A stretch of 64,000 nucleotides of DNA. Source: Gekko japonicus. Its lineage: Eukaryota. Location of the stretch: positions 1,009,000 to 1,072,999 of the forward strand of contig NW_015169192.1 of assembly GCF_001447785.1 (NCBI RefSeq), given 5' to 3'. The notes beneath the pieces were generated by a model. It was not told the origin of the DNA, did not search any database, and worked only from the letters and a program-made list of their open reading frames with translations. Below, piece after piece: positions 52,980-64,000 of this stretch (positions within the stretch are counted from its first letter, which is position 1; each line of letters starts with the position of its first letter). A program made the translations under genes and the position numbers.

Positions 52980-53367
52980 CATAGAGAATGGTGATGAGGG
53001 ACACTGGCATGACGAGGATTCCCACCAACATGTCTGCCACCGCCAAGGACATCAGGAAGTAGTTAGTAGCATTCTGGAGCTTCTTTTCCAAAGAAACAGC
53101 CAAGATGACCAAAATGTTCCCCCCAATCGTTAGCAGGATGATGATCAGGATGAGGAGAGCTGGCCAGTTCTTCTCCCTGATGGACTTCCGAGAGACTTCT
53201 GCCCCCTCAGAGATATTCAGAGGATCAGATGTTGGGGAACTCTGATTTAGAGTCAAATTGTGGCTCAGCGGCCAAGCCATCAGACTGCTGTGCAGGCTAA
53301 AGTCCAGTGTGACAGACACGGTTGTAAAGCCAACGAGAACTCCTGCCCCATTGACGGTGCTCATCAT
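52980..53367 (-). CDS. HTR2C: 5-HT2C serotonin receptor, first coding exon (N-terminus, TM1-TM2)
   Basis: Translates MMSTVNGAG...[64 protein letters not shown], a typical 5-HT2 TM1-TM2. First in-frame ATG at 53367, with in-frame TGA upstream at 53457-53455. Donor G|GTAAGT at 52980/52979, phase 1. Confidence 0.92.
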
Positions 53368-53630
53368 TTGCAATGGATACTCCACGCTCCTTAAAAGCAC
53401 CTTGGCGCTAGTACCTTTCACAAATGGGAGAAGGTCCAAGGCAACAACTGGATCTCATGACACCTAGGTCACCAAGGTGCTTGACCTTCCATAGAGGATG
53501 ATAGCTTGTCGATGTCAGAGTGCAGCTCTTCTGGAATGCCATTAAGGTGTGGCCCCATGACTTGAGAGGGGCAACGAGCAAGAGGTGAGGGAATCTTTGT
53601 GACGTCCAGCTCCCCTTCAAGGCCAACATT
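53368..53630 (-). other. HTR2C: Predicted 5' UTR part of the first coding exon of HTR2C
   Basis: Strong acceptor ctctgttctttcctttgcag|AATG at 53631/53630. This implies further non-coding exon(s) upstream, which I could not locate. Confidence 0.6.
53469..53558 (-). promoter_or_regulatory. Upstream ORF (29 aa) in the predicted HTR2C leader
   Basis: GTCATGG strong Kozak context (-3 G, +4 G). Reads MGPHLNGIPEELHSDIDKLSSSMEGQAPW* and is out of frame with the receptor. Confidence 0.45.
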
Positions 53631-55815
53631 CTGCAAAGGAAAGAACAGAGGTCCTTCATTTTCACAGACATCAGAGTAGACTGATGGCTGGGGGTCATCT
53701 ATAAACAGTCACCCCACCAAGCTGAATACAGTTGCCTCCAACCACCAGCCATGAATCTCCAGCTTGCCCGATGCTTGACAATCCTCCCCAGCTCTGCACT
53801 TGACATCCTAGGCAAGACATTTATGGAGCTTCAGTGGACCACCCTTTATAATTGGTAGGCACTTCTCGGCTTGGTGGGCTACAATTCTGAACAGTATTGC
53901 TGAATAGCAATGCCTGCATCTCAGGTGTTTCCAGACTCCTGCCAACAGTTGTATCTGTCTCACAGTTTCCTCCTCCCCACCACAGTCTGTCAGTCTTTAG
54001 GATGCCATTAGACACCCTGTGGGTTTTTTTGGCTGCAACAGATTAACACAGCTACCCCACTGGAATGCTCTCTACATTCAGCTGGCAGTTACAGCCCATT
54101 CCAAGCATCCAAATAAAGTCAAAAATAACCCATCACCCTAAATGGAAGCATTTGGGATCATTCCATGTATCCTGAAGTGAAGCAGGAGAGCTATAAAAAC
54201 TAAGAAGCCAGACATAGCTTCTCTCTGGGATTGATATTTTTGGCTAAAGAAATTTGTACGATCGTCTAATTCAAAACAGACCTGTTGGCAACCATATGAA
54301 ATCATACAAAGCCATACAAAGCAAAAAAGGAGGAAGGATAAAGTGGTGATTTAAGGAGTATTGCTTGTGATCCCCCCCCCAAAAAAGTTAAAAACCACCT
54401 TTGCATTCTCTTTCTAAACATCTTTTTGTACATTAACCCTGGAGCGGTTAGCACAATCAATACTGTCCAATGTTCAATATTCAGTCTCATTCCTTGCCAA
54501 GAACACTGTAGGTGGGGTAGAGTGGGAGCATATGCAAGAGTTTGTTTAATCTGTGGGGAAACTGCTGAAGCTTTTCATGGTAGAGAGAGAAGCATTATTG
54601 CTAAGGTCTGCAGACCTTAAAAAAAGTAAAAAAGTTCCTGATCTTATTCAAAACAGAAAAGCTCTCCCCATGCTTAGGCTACTCGGTCACTGGCAGTGGA
54701 TGCTAATCAATGGGCAGATCACCTCATCTGGTTTGGAAGTCTCCTGCCTTTCAAGTGGGTGTGGCTCACAGAAGGTGCTGGGAGCCACAGTCATCCGAAG
54801 GGCAGCAGGCTTGCCCAGTCAGAATGAGAGCTCAGTTGACAGGGGGTGGTTTGGGATCTCAGGTTGCCAAGGATATCTGGAAAGAAGGGCTGGACAGCAA
54901 ATAATACAGGATTTTAGGGAATAGGACCGATCCTGTGTGCTTGCTTCTGCACGTTGTAATTTCTGATCAACCGGTGCATTTGTAAAACAAATGACAGATA
55001 GGCCTGTTTTCTCCATCAAAAGAAATGGTTCCAGTGAAGATTGTAGTCTGAAATTCACATTGCTTATAGATGGGCTGCAGAAAAAAAGGGGTCAATGCAG
55101 ACATAGCCCAGGGGGTCTATCCAGCTTCATGCAAACACAGGTGAAAATTTACTCCTGGTGAAGTCAATCTGCTTTTAGCATTCAAAATATAAGAGTTCAC
55201 CAGCAGTGCAGATTCTACTTTAAAAACAACAACCAAAACCTCCCTTTCTGGAGATGACCTTACAGAGGGAAGCACTTTCCATGCCAAATGCGTTTCAGAA
55301 AAAAACCCAGCCAGGGCAGACTCTGAAGCTGCAGAAAGGAAGCCACCTATTCAGTTGTCTCCAAAGCCAGCATCATCGCAGTTTCATTATACCTGCCAGA
55401 GGCTTGAAGTGGCACATAATTACAGCAAGAGGAATGGCTGGGCCGCAAAAGCCAGAGGCAAAATCAATGTCAAAAATGGAGAGGGAACAGTAAACAATTA
55501 ACCCCCGCTTCCCTACTTCCAGCATCGCAGAGGAAAACAGAGCAATAATTCCTCCAAAACCTGGCACAGCCGCCTGCCTATTATTCATAGGGAAGCCAGG
55601 TGGAGGAGTCATTATGAGCCGCAGATCGACATTGCAGGACAATGACGGCAAACAGAAGGAGAGCCATTCAGCTTGAAGGAACTCCGAGGGAAATGGTATA
55701 ACACTGATGAGGGTCTATTAAAGCTCAATTACAGCGCCAGTGATCAGACCTGCCAGAGAGAGTCTTGCGAGGGCTGCGTAACAGCGAAGGCTGGGGGAAG
55801 AAAGAGTAAAGAAGG

Positions 55816-55818
<3 letters not shown>

Positions 55819-55867
<49 letters not shown>
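55819..55867. repeat. (GA)n microsatellite
   Basis: Directly visible. Confidence 0.95.
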
Positions 55868-55869
<2 letters not shown>

Positions 55870-56574
55870 ACCCTGCAAAGGAGTGACAGCACTTTGTGGA
55901 GACAAAACCAGAACAGGAACATTTTGCATTAAAACAGAAATGCCAGCCTCCCCCCCCCCCCCCGGTTCAAAATCCAGCACTCTAAAATACATCTCAGAGC
56001 ATTGCTGTGTGAGAAGCTTCTTTTGCTTATCAGTCCATGGGGCTCTTGGACCTTCATTACCTCCCCAACAGCTGATCCTGTGGGATGCTGCACGGCTACA
56101 CTCCAGGTGCCAGGGAAAACAAGAGCCCCGGCTTGTGGAAAGTTGGAAAAGATGGGCTCTTAACCCTCAGCAGAACTCACACTGCACCAGGAGACAATTT
56201 GGCAGACTTTTATTTGAAGCACATGCACCTTGGCCAACATGCACTCTGCACAATGTACATTCAAAATCATTGCTTTTTCTCTGAGTCCATGGATATGTGC
56301 AAGGCAGGATGCAACCCACACAGCAATTTTCTAACTGCAAGGTAAGGTGATGCTGTCAACCCTGAGAAAACAGGTGAGAGACTGGAAGGAAGCACCAAGC
56401 CCCAGGTCAGAGATTCCCAATGAGCAAACCCAAACCTGTGTTTAAGCAGAGGTTGTGCCAAGTTGTCCCAGCTTTTAATCAAGCAGGGAAAGTAAGAGCG
56501 ATAAGAAACAACCGCAAGAAATGTGGGAGAGATTCCCAAGAAAGGGCTTTTCCTGAGAAGAAACCTCTCCTGAC

Positions 56575-56781
56575 CAATGCTCCCTCTAAGCTGTGGAGAC
56601 TTGTGAGCAGGAATTCTACTTTGTGAGCCACTGGCATTAAAGTTGTGAGCGAGCAAATTTGGCTACTGCATAAATTAGTTTGCTCTGGAGCCATCCTTCC
56701 TGAGCGAAGACAAAAATGTGTGAGCCGGAGGCTAAAAAACTGTGAGCTAGCTCACACTAACTCAGCTTAGAGAGAACACTG
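56575..56781 (+). mobile_element. ~206-bp hAT MITE
   Basis: Same family as 16931-17136, perfect TSD CTCCTGAC. Confidence 0.9.
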
Positions 56782-57021
56782 CTCCTGACCCTTCAGTATG
56801 GAATTTCGCCCTCAGTCTCAATGCAATCCTGGACAGCACTTCTAGCATGAAATTCAGCATGGCCACCACTCTAATGGACAATGCCCACCAAAAAAGGCAT
56901 GCATTATGGGGATCCTGGGGCACAGCAGTGCTCCTAGTCATGACCAAGGGTAGCTTTCTGTTCTACATTGTAAATTCAAACTGTGTGTCAATGGATACAT
57001 CTACACATCACTGAATATTGA

Positions 57022-57149
57022 NNNNNNNNNNNNNNNNNNNNNNNNNNNNNNNNNNNNNNNNNNNNNNNNNNNNNNNNNNNNNNNNNNNNNNNNNNNNNNN
57101 NNNNNNNNNNNNNNNNNNNNNNNNNNNNNNNNNNNNNNNNNNNNNNNNN
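57022..57149. other. Assembly gap
   Basis: Run of 128 N. Confidence 1.
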
Positions 57150-57367
57150 CAAACTCCTTTCCCTTCCCCTCCCCACAACAGACACCCTGTGAGGTAGGTG
57201 GGGCTGAGAGAGCTCTTGACAGAAACTGCTCTTTTTCAAGAACACCTCTTATCAGAACTATGGCTTGCCCAAGGTCATCCAGCCAGGTGCAAGTGGAGGA
57301 GTGGGGAATCAAACCCGGTTCTCCCAGATTAGAGTCTGCGCACTTAACCACTACACCAAATTGGCTC
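57150..57367 (-). mobile_element. Squam3-like SINE (3' end runs into the gap)
   Basis: Very similar to 9823-10096. Confidence 0.85.
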
Positions 57368-59086
57368 TATAACAATCGTGTGCCACTGGGTTGCCTAGAC
57401 TGTACAAGATAATCTGGTTGGAAATGACCGCCATACTGCACAGAGAGTACGATATCCAGAGATGTAAGGATGCAGCCATTCTGATCCAAGCCAGAGTTAA
57501 GAAAAAGGCACCAGGTTCTGTTGATTTTGTAGCTCAGCTGTGACAAATACAGGCCAAGACCTGAGATCCTGCCCACCCTCAATAGCATTTCCAATTCCTA
57601 TACTGTATGCCAGTGCTGAAGTCCCCTTTTTTACTGGAACAGATGGAGAAGAGAAGGAGCAGATTTCCCATCACTTCAAGCCTTCGGATGACAGATCAGT
57701 CCCCTGCCTGGAAACTCTTGTTCCAGTAACGGGTGAAAAGGTTTAAGGTGCCGGCAGGGTCAGTCTCAGACTGCTTGACCTTTACGTCTGTGAATACAAC
57801 AAACCAGCACTTAACTGACACAGCGGGGCAGGCTGAACTCAGGAAATTAAAAAGAAAGAATATTAACATTTTGTAATAAAAGCATGAATTATGCATGGAT
57901 TGCCAGCATTAGCAATGAACGTCTTGGGTCTGTTTCATCCCCTGGACCTTAAACCTCCCTTCCTTTAGTTACTATCCAGCCTAATGACCTCTACTTCATT
58001 TTTTTGGTTATATATATATATATACACACACACACGGCAAAACCCTGAGAAGTGATTCAGATCAGAACAATTCAGTATCATCTCTGCTTGGGGATGCTTT
58101 AGCATTGCATATGCTTATTTGCAGGGATGGCTTTTCCTCCCCCAAATGAGGGTCCCACCCATTCTTCCCAGACACTCCCATGCTTTCCCTGTGCTCCACA
58201 CTCCCAAAGTTCATTCCAAACTGGTCATGTCATGTTCCAACTCCAATTCCTACCAAAGCCCATATCAGAACACCCTTGGAACACACCTGTTGACTGTTCC
58301 CCCTAGCTTCAGCAGGTATTTAGTGTGTGGGAGATCTTCCGTCACAATCAAAACTTTGAGCTCCTTGCTGGGCTACAAAAGCCCCAGTTGTTCAGCCTCT
58401 TCTTCCTCCAAGACCCTTCTGAGTTGGGTTCTGGCAAAGGATGAGATGTGGCTACATTGCCCTTTCCTCCCCTCTGTCATTGCTCTTCCTTTCAGTCTCT
58501 TTTGTTTGTCCTTTACTGTCCACACTTAGCTTGCACCTATGTGAGGCAGTACCCTGATGGGACCTCCGGTCAGGTAAGTCAAGCCAATTGATGATGGAAA
58601 ATTCTGGAATCAGATGCAAATCATGCTTTAGTTCAACACCCATTAAAAGAATGAGGACAAAAGATGCCAATGAGCATAAGCATAAGATTAGAAGGTGGCC
58701 TATCCACCCCGCAGCAAGAGCCCATCCTATATGCGGCCCAGCTTTTGAGGAAAAGTCTTGTACTTAAATATGACCAGATCCACTAGGAAAGGGTATCACT
58801 ACCCTTCAGTAGCTGCCTGGATTGTGCAGGTTCCATGCCATCTGTGTCATCAGCTCCAGCTCCTGCCTTGGTTGACAGATAGGGAATCTGAGCCTTGTAG
58901 TTCTTGTCATGATGATGGAATGGGACAGAAATATGTGTGAACAAAGGTTGAAAAGGAACAAATGCCATCATGTGTACTTCAGGTTTTGCTGCCAAGATAT
59001 CAGCTTCAAGGGACAGGTAGATTTTGAAAGGAGGAAAAAATGGTACCATGAGGTTATTCTGGTAAGGAGCTAGACATACTAGGCAG

Positions 59087-59291
59087 CAATGCTCCCTCTA
59101 AGCTGTGGAATCTTGTGAGCAAAAATTCCACATTGTGAGCGACTGGCATTAAAGTTGTGAGTGAGCGATTTGGCTACTGAATAAATTGGTTTGCTCTGGA
59201 GCCATCCTTCCTGAGCTAAGACAAAAAGCATGAGCTGGAGGCTAAAAAACTGTGAGCTAGCTCACACTAACTCAGCTTAGAGGGAACATTG
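59087..59291 (+). mobile_element. ~206-bp hAT MITE
   Basis: Same family as 16931-17136, perfect TSD CTAGGCAG. Confidence 0.9.
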
Positions 59292-61820
59292 CTAGGCAGC
59301 AACAGACACTGGTTGAAATTTAGGAAACCAGAGCGTGGGTAGCTGAAGGCAGCAGAGTTGAAGGGGTGAAAGCCCTAGAGACCGTAGTCTCCATGGATTG
59401 TTTGAATAAAGAGCCCAATGTATCAGAAGGATGGTTTTGGTTTAATGTTTGCCTCCAAGGAAAAGGAGAGAAACTATTTGGGGACTGAGAGGAGCCCACG
59501 TATCCCAAACTGTCTTTCAAATGACTTCCCCCCCCCCACCAGAGCCTGAAATTGGCTGTCATCCTATCATCTCTCCAATTGATCCAAGGGAATCAATAAT
59601 TCCAGCACGAAGTGAGGTAAACGCCTTGTGGCACTGATTGACGCGTGGCCAAGCAACACTTTTAGCCAACAGGAATGACAGAACAAAGGAAAGCAATCCT
59701 TAAACAGATTTCTGTAGGGCCCAGGAACAGTATAACGGAACAATGGTTTCTTTTCTATCAAAAATGACTCCCAAATTGCCTCACGTTTTGTCAGAGGAAT
59801 GAGAGCAACGTGGACAGTTGCAAAGTTAGCAGACAACAAATAGTCATTTTGATTGGAGAGATAGCAGGGGTTGGGGAGACAGTGAGGGACATCTCTGCAA
59901 CAGTAAGATGCTTTCCCATGCATGGACAGAATGTCAAATGTTTTTCATATCTCCCAGGACATATGGGGATAAAAAGAGTTGCAGCAGTGAGCACAAGTTT
60001 AATACGATGGCTTTGCAGAAAGGAAATTGAGATTGTGGAGCCCATAAACTTGCAATCTCTCAAGAAGCAGGGACTCTTAAACGAGTTTTTTTTGTTATTA
60101 AACAAGAAATCCCAAAAAAATAGCTTTATGTGGCAGATTATGCTCAACTAAATCATCTCGTAAATATCACATTTGCAGTATAATCCCCTTGCTGACTTCA
60201 CATGCATTCTACAGCTTGCCTTCCAAGGAAGTCTGCACAGTACCCTCTAGTCTAAATGCCAAAATGAATTTTGACCCCCAAAGTTAGACTCAGAGGCCAA
60301 TCTGAAGGGTCACTTCTCAGGTTCTCTTAAAGAGGTAGCAGGGGATTTCTGTGGAGTCAGATTCTTGTCTCCTGAAAATGCAACACTTGGCTCTACCCTT
60401 GCCTCCAGCTTGCATCAAGTTGGGGTGGAGTGATGAAGAGGTGAAGGAATGCCTAGGAAACCTCTGCCCAGCACACAGAGCAGCAGAGTTACCTTGCTGC
60501 TCATACTAGTGTGAGTTTCACCCAGATGCTTATACCGAAATTAGGGAGCATCACCTGACCCAGGTATTGGGGCAAAGAGACTTTCTTGGATGATCTCCTT
60601 GAAGCTAGTTGCCATAGGACCTGGATGGCCAATCCTGATTTCAAGTAGCAACGCTGTGAGAGAGCTTGAGATTTTGGAGAACCACTGCCTCTCGGAGGAG
60701 GAGGAGGAGGAGGAAGATTAAAATTCAGTGGCTCAGCTGGGCTTGCTGGATTTATTAAAACTACCCTTTGTTAGTCTCTATCCCTAGATTTTTGATGCCC
60801 CCTCCCCCATCTGTGCTGTTCTTGGGCCACAGAGCAACCGAGTGCATCCAAGGCAGCCACCGCTGGATGCCCATCCCCTTTGCTCTTGCCTGGCACTCAG
60901 AAACACTGCCCAGTTCCTCAAGCACAAACGGCAGACACAAATAAAGCTGCATCCCAGACTCAGAGGGCTCAGCGGTGCCCTTCTTTGGGGATGGCCTAAA
61001 GAAGTAAAGAAGACACCTATAGGACAGGTAAGGCCATGTTGTTCTGCAGGGGCCAACATCCATTTGTGGTACTGTGGCTTTTAATCGATCTGAGAGCATT
61101 TGCTGTTTCAGTACATCCTGGACAGGTTGCAAGTGGCCTCGAATGCTGGAAAGGTGGGGCAGACATTTTTCAACAATGTTTTTAAAAACCCTATGTCTCT
61201 TTCTTCCCTTTGCCAGCAAATCCAGAACTCTAGCCAGCTCAGACTTTAGAACATGACTTCCCAACAATATAGAGAGAGAGCTTTAGAAATGCAGCCTGCC
61301 CCAATACAACCACCCTCGGGGGGGGGGGAATCCAAAACTACTGGGGGCAGAAGGAATATGGTGGTGCATTTTAAGTCTACAAACCTCCATTCTGGATCGT
61401 CCGCTTTTCCTTGGCACACACGTTCAGCTCCACAGCAAAGAAATATGTATATATCTTTGGCCTCTGGCCAAGAAAGGAAGAGAGGCATTTATCTGCAGAG
61501 TGGCGAAGGCCGTTTAAGCGACTCCCCAGGTTGGCTCCTGCTTTGCGGCTGCCAGCCTTTTGGAGTGCAATTAATTTTTAGAACTTAACCCCCCCGATGG
61601 GTATTTATTTTTATCTCCCAGGGTTCCCCCCCACACACCTGAGGCTCTAAAATCGGTTAGAGAACATGACTGTCTGGGCGGGGGGGGGGGAGGCTCCAAG
61701 AGGCTCTATAAACAAGAGTTTCTCCCTCGCCTCAGCAGTAAAGAGGCTTACGTTTACATCTGCCAGCCACCCAAGCACACATCCACCAAGGATTACACTT
61801 TACCAAGCTTGCTTCAAAGT

Positions 61821-62105
61821 AGAAGAGGAAGAAGAACAGAAGAAGAGGTTGGATTTATACCCTGCCCTTCACTCGGAAACTCAGGGCAGCTTACAAACTC
61901 CTTTCCCTTCCCCTCCCCACAACAGACATCCTGTGAGGTAGGTGAGGCTGAGAGAGCTCTTTCCAGAACTGTCCTTGAGAGAACAGCTGTGCCAGAACTA
62001 TGGCTTGCCCAAGGTCATCCAGCAGCTGCAAGCGGAGGAGTGGGGAATCAAACCCGGTTCTCCCAGATTAGATTCCACGCACTTAACTACTATACCAAAC
62101 TGGCT
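61821..62105 (-). mobile_element. Squam3-like SINE
   Basis: Reverse complement of the 462-700 family. Confidence 0.85.
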
Positions 62106-62173
62106 TTCAGAATGTGGACGTGATTCAAGTACTTCAAGTAACTCAGTGGTTGACACACACCATCAAGAACTTT

Positions 62174-62200
62174 NNNNNNNNNNNNNNNNNNNNNNNNNNN
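62174..62200. other. Assembly gap
   Basis: Run of 27 N. Confidence 1.
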
Positions 62201-63951
62201 ATGCAAAACCATGGATACATACAGACCAAGCTGCTTTATACTGAGGCCCTTTCTGCATCTGTCTTTTTCTTGGTTTCTGATCACACCTCAATCTTCTGTT
62301 CTGCATTCCCTCCCACTTTCACAGCCGCTTTGTGTCGGGGCTGCTTCTTGGTTCTGGGGATCAGCACTCAGACTGCTCCCAGCACACTGTTGCCCTGCAC
62401 TCCCCCAAAGTGCTTTTGCTGCGAACCTTTGTTCTGCTCTATTTTGAAATCAATACTACTATTTAAAGTAGAATTGTTTCAGCGAGTATCCCATTTCAGC
62501 TTCTTTTCCTTTGGTCTATGTTAGGCGGTCAATTTGCATGATAACAGGTTTCCTCATGGGCAATTGCTGAATATTTACATTTGTTTATAGTCCGCAGTGG
62601 TTTGGGGGATGGGAGAGCTACTGGGAAAAACAGTTTTTCATGAAGAACTTCTAAGCCAAACAGACTTCGATCACAAACATTTCCCTCAAAACAAAGATGG
62701 ATGCATGGATTGATGGTTTGCATTTTAAACTGATACTAATCTTTGATAACTGTATATTATCCCTGGGTTATTCACATTATATAATGTTAGCAAACATTGC
62801 CCTGTTAACTCTGAAATGCCTCATCCACACAGTGTCATTCCACTTTTCCTGGAAGAATTCCTCCCATTAGCCAGGGCTCTGTGAGAAGGAAGAGAGAACT
62901 GGGGCACTGAAGGGAAGGGAGAAATATCATGCTGGCACCTTGGCTACTCCTTCTCCAAAGGATAAGAGCAATCAGGGTTCAAAACACACTTTCTTCCATG
63001 AGTATGCAGAAAGCATAATCCACAGAGACTTGAGTTTCTGGCACAAAGTGCCAAAGAGTAATTACATCTGCAGAATGAAAGGAAATGATTTGAATCAAAG
63101 GCATACTACCTCAAGTTGTGGGGAAATTGGGAGTAAAGACTGAATGTAGAAAGGTCCTGTGTCACACTATTGGCCCATCTAGCCTAGTATTGCTTACTCT
63201 GATTGGCAGTGGACCAACCCTTTTAGACCAACCCTTTTAACCTGGAAGTGCCTGGATCCAACCCTTTTAACCTGGAAGTGCCAGGGATTGAATCTGGGAC
63301 TGTTAGCAGTTAAAGAAGGTGCCAAGCTCTGGGCCTTTTCTTTTCTTCCATGTCACTCCTATTCAATCCAGTGAGGTTCATGCAACGTAATGTGTTTCCT
63401 CTACTGTTTATGAGCTACTAAAGTGTTACACTCAAGTCCCATCATATAGCGCAAAACAAAAAGGGGCTATTTCTCAGCTCAGAAAATACCACCGTTTTCT
63501 CCAAAACAGTTTCAAATAGGGAAAGCTCTCACTAAAACCTTGCAGGTGAAATGCACTGGTTTCATAGTCAAATGTCAGACAAGGCTTGGGTTCTCAACCA
63601 GAGCAGGCAGGGGGAGAAGCCAATCCACACACCCACTCCAAGTTTTCACTATAAAATCCATCTGTGGACCCTGGTCAAAGTTCTGCCCACTCAGTCTCTC
63701 TCATCCTAAACTAGCATCACCCATTTCCCCACAAGATCTGAGAGCCCTTTCAGATATTTGAAGGAAGCAAGGGGAAGGGGGAAGCGTGAGCCAGCTGTCT
63801 CCTCTCTCTGGGTTTTTAGGATTCATCCAAAAGATGTGGGATATGTGCAGTTTTTCCTTGGAAGTATAGCTGATAAAGCTGATAATCTGAATTGGGGACC
63901 TTCTGGAGGGCTGAAGGTATGCCAAGATTCTAACTTGGCCAATCTATAAAT

Positions 63952-64000
63952 CAGAGATGTTGAACTCATTTGTTATGAGGGCCAGGACTGATATAAATGT
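63952..64000 (+). mobile_element. 5' end of a hAT-Charlie-like element
   Basis: cagagatgttgaactcatttgttatgagggcc matches the start of 51829. Confidence 0.6.

Noticed and set aside
53368-53439. N-terminal extension MDLLPFVKG... in the ORF track
   Set aside because: It starts at TTG, not ATG. The first in-frame ATG is 53367.
55673-56284. 203-aa ORF with a poly-ER tract
   Set aside because: The frame is held open by the (GA)n microsatellite, it has a non-ATG start, and no homology is evident.
63212-63282. Short direct repeats resembling an array
   Set aside because: Local slippage duplications (14 and ~30 bp) inside an old SINE. This is not CRISPR, and the DNA is eukaryotic.
53631-64000. SNORA35 (HBI-36) and the intronic miRNAs hosted by mammalian HTR2C
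   Set aside because: I saw no recognisable match by eye. They may lie outside the window or be absent; an Rfam/miRBase search is needed.

Overview
Vertebrate genomic DNA from a squamate reptile. Sauria SINE, 5S-headed SINE, BovB and abundant Squam3-like SINEs support this; a gecko is likely but only inferred. The window holds one protein-coding gene on the minus strand, a serotonin 5-HT2 family GPCR best matching HTR2C. Its three coding exons (53367-52980, 26310-26110, 21771-20945) splice through two GT-AG phase-1 introns (26,669 and 4,338 bp) into a 471-aa protein ending in the PDZ ligand SSV. The rest is intronic or intergenic and dense in transposable elements: CR1, L2, RTE-X-like and BovB LINE fragments, several SINE families, hAT-type MITEs with 8-bp TSDs and Penelope-like terminal-repeat fragments, plus two assembly gaps. 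I found no evidence of a wholly new multi-gene system. The best leads are at RNA level. This HTR2C keeps the I-R-N-P-I editing segment but lacks the mammalian B site and the alternative exon-Vb donor. Its 5' leader carries uORFs. A 35-bp hairpin at 5444-5518 has only G-U deviations, and there are intronic dsRNA hairpins and a decayed Penelope-type hammerhead ribozyme. TE family names come from recalled motifs and need RepeatMasker/Dfam confirmation.
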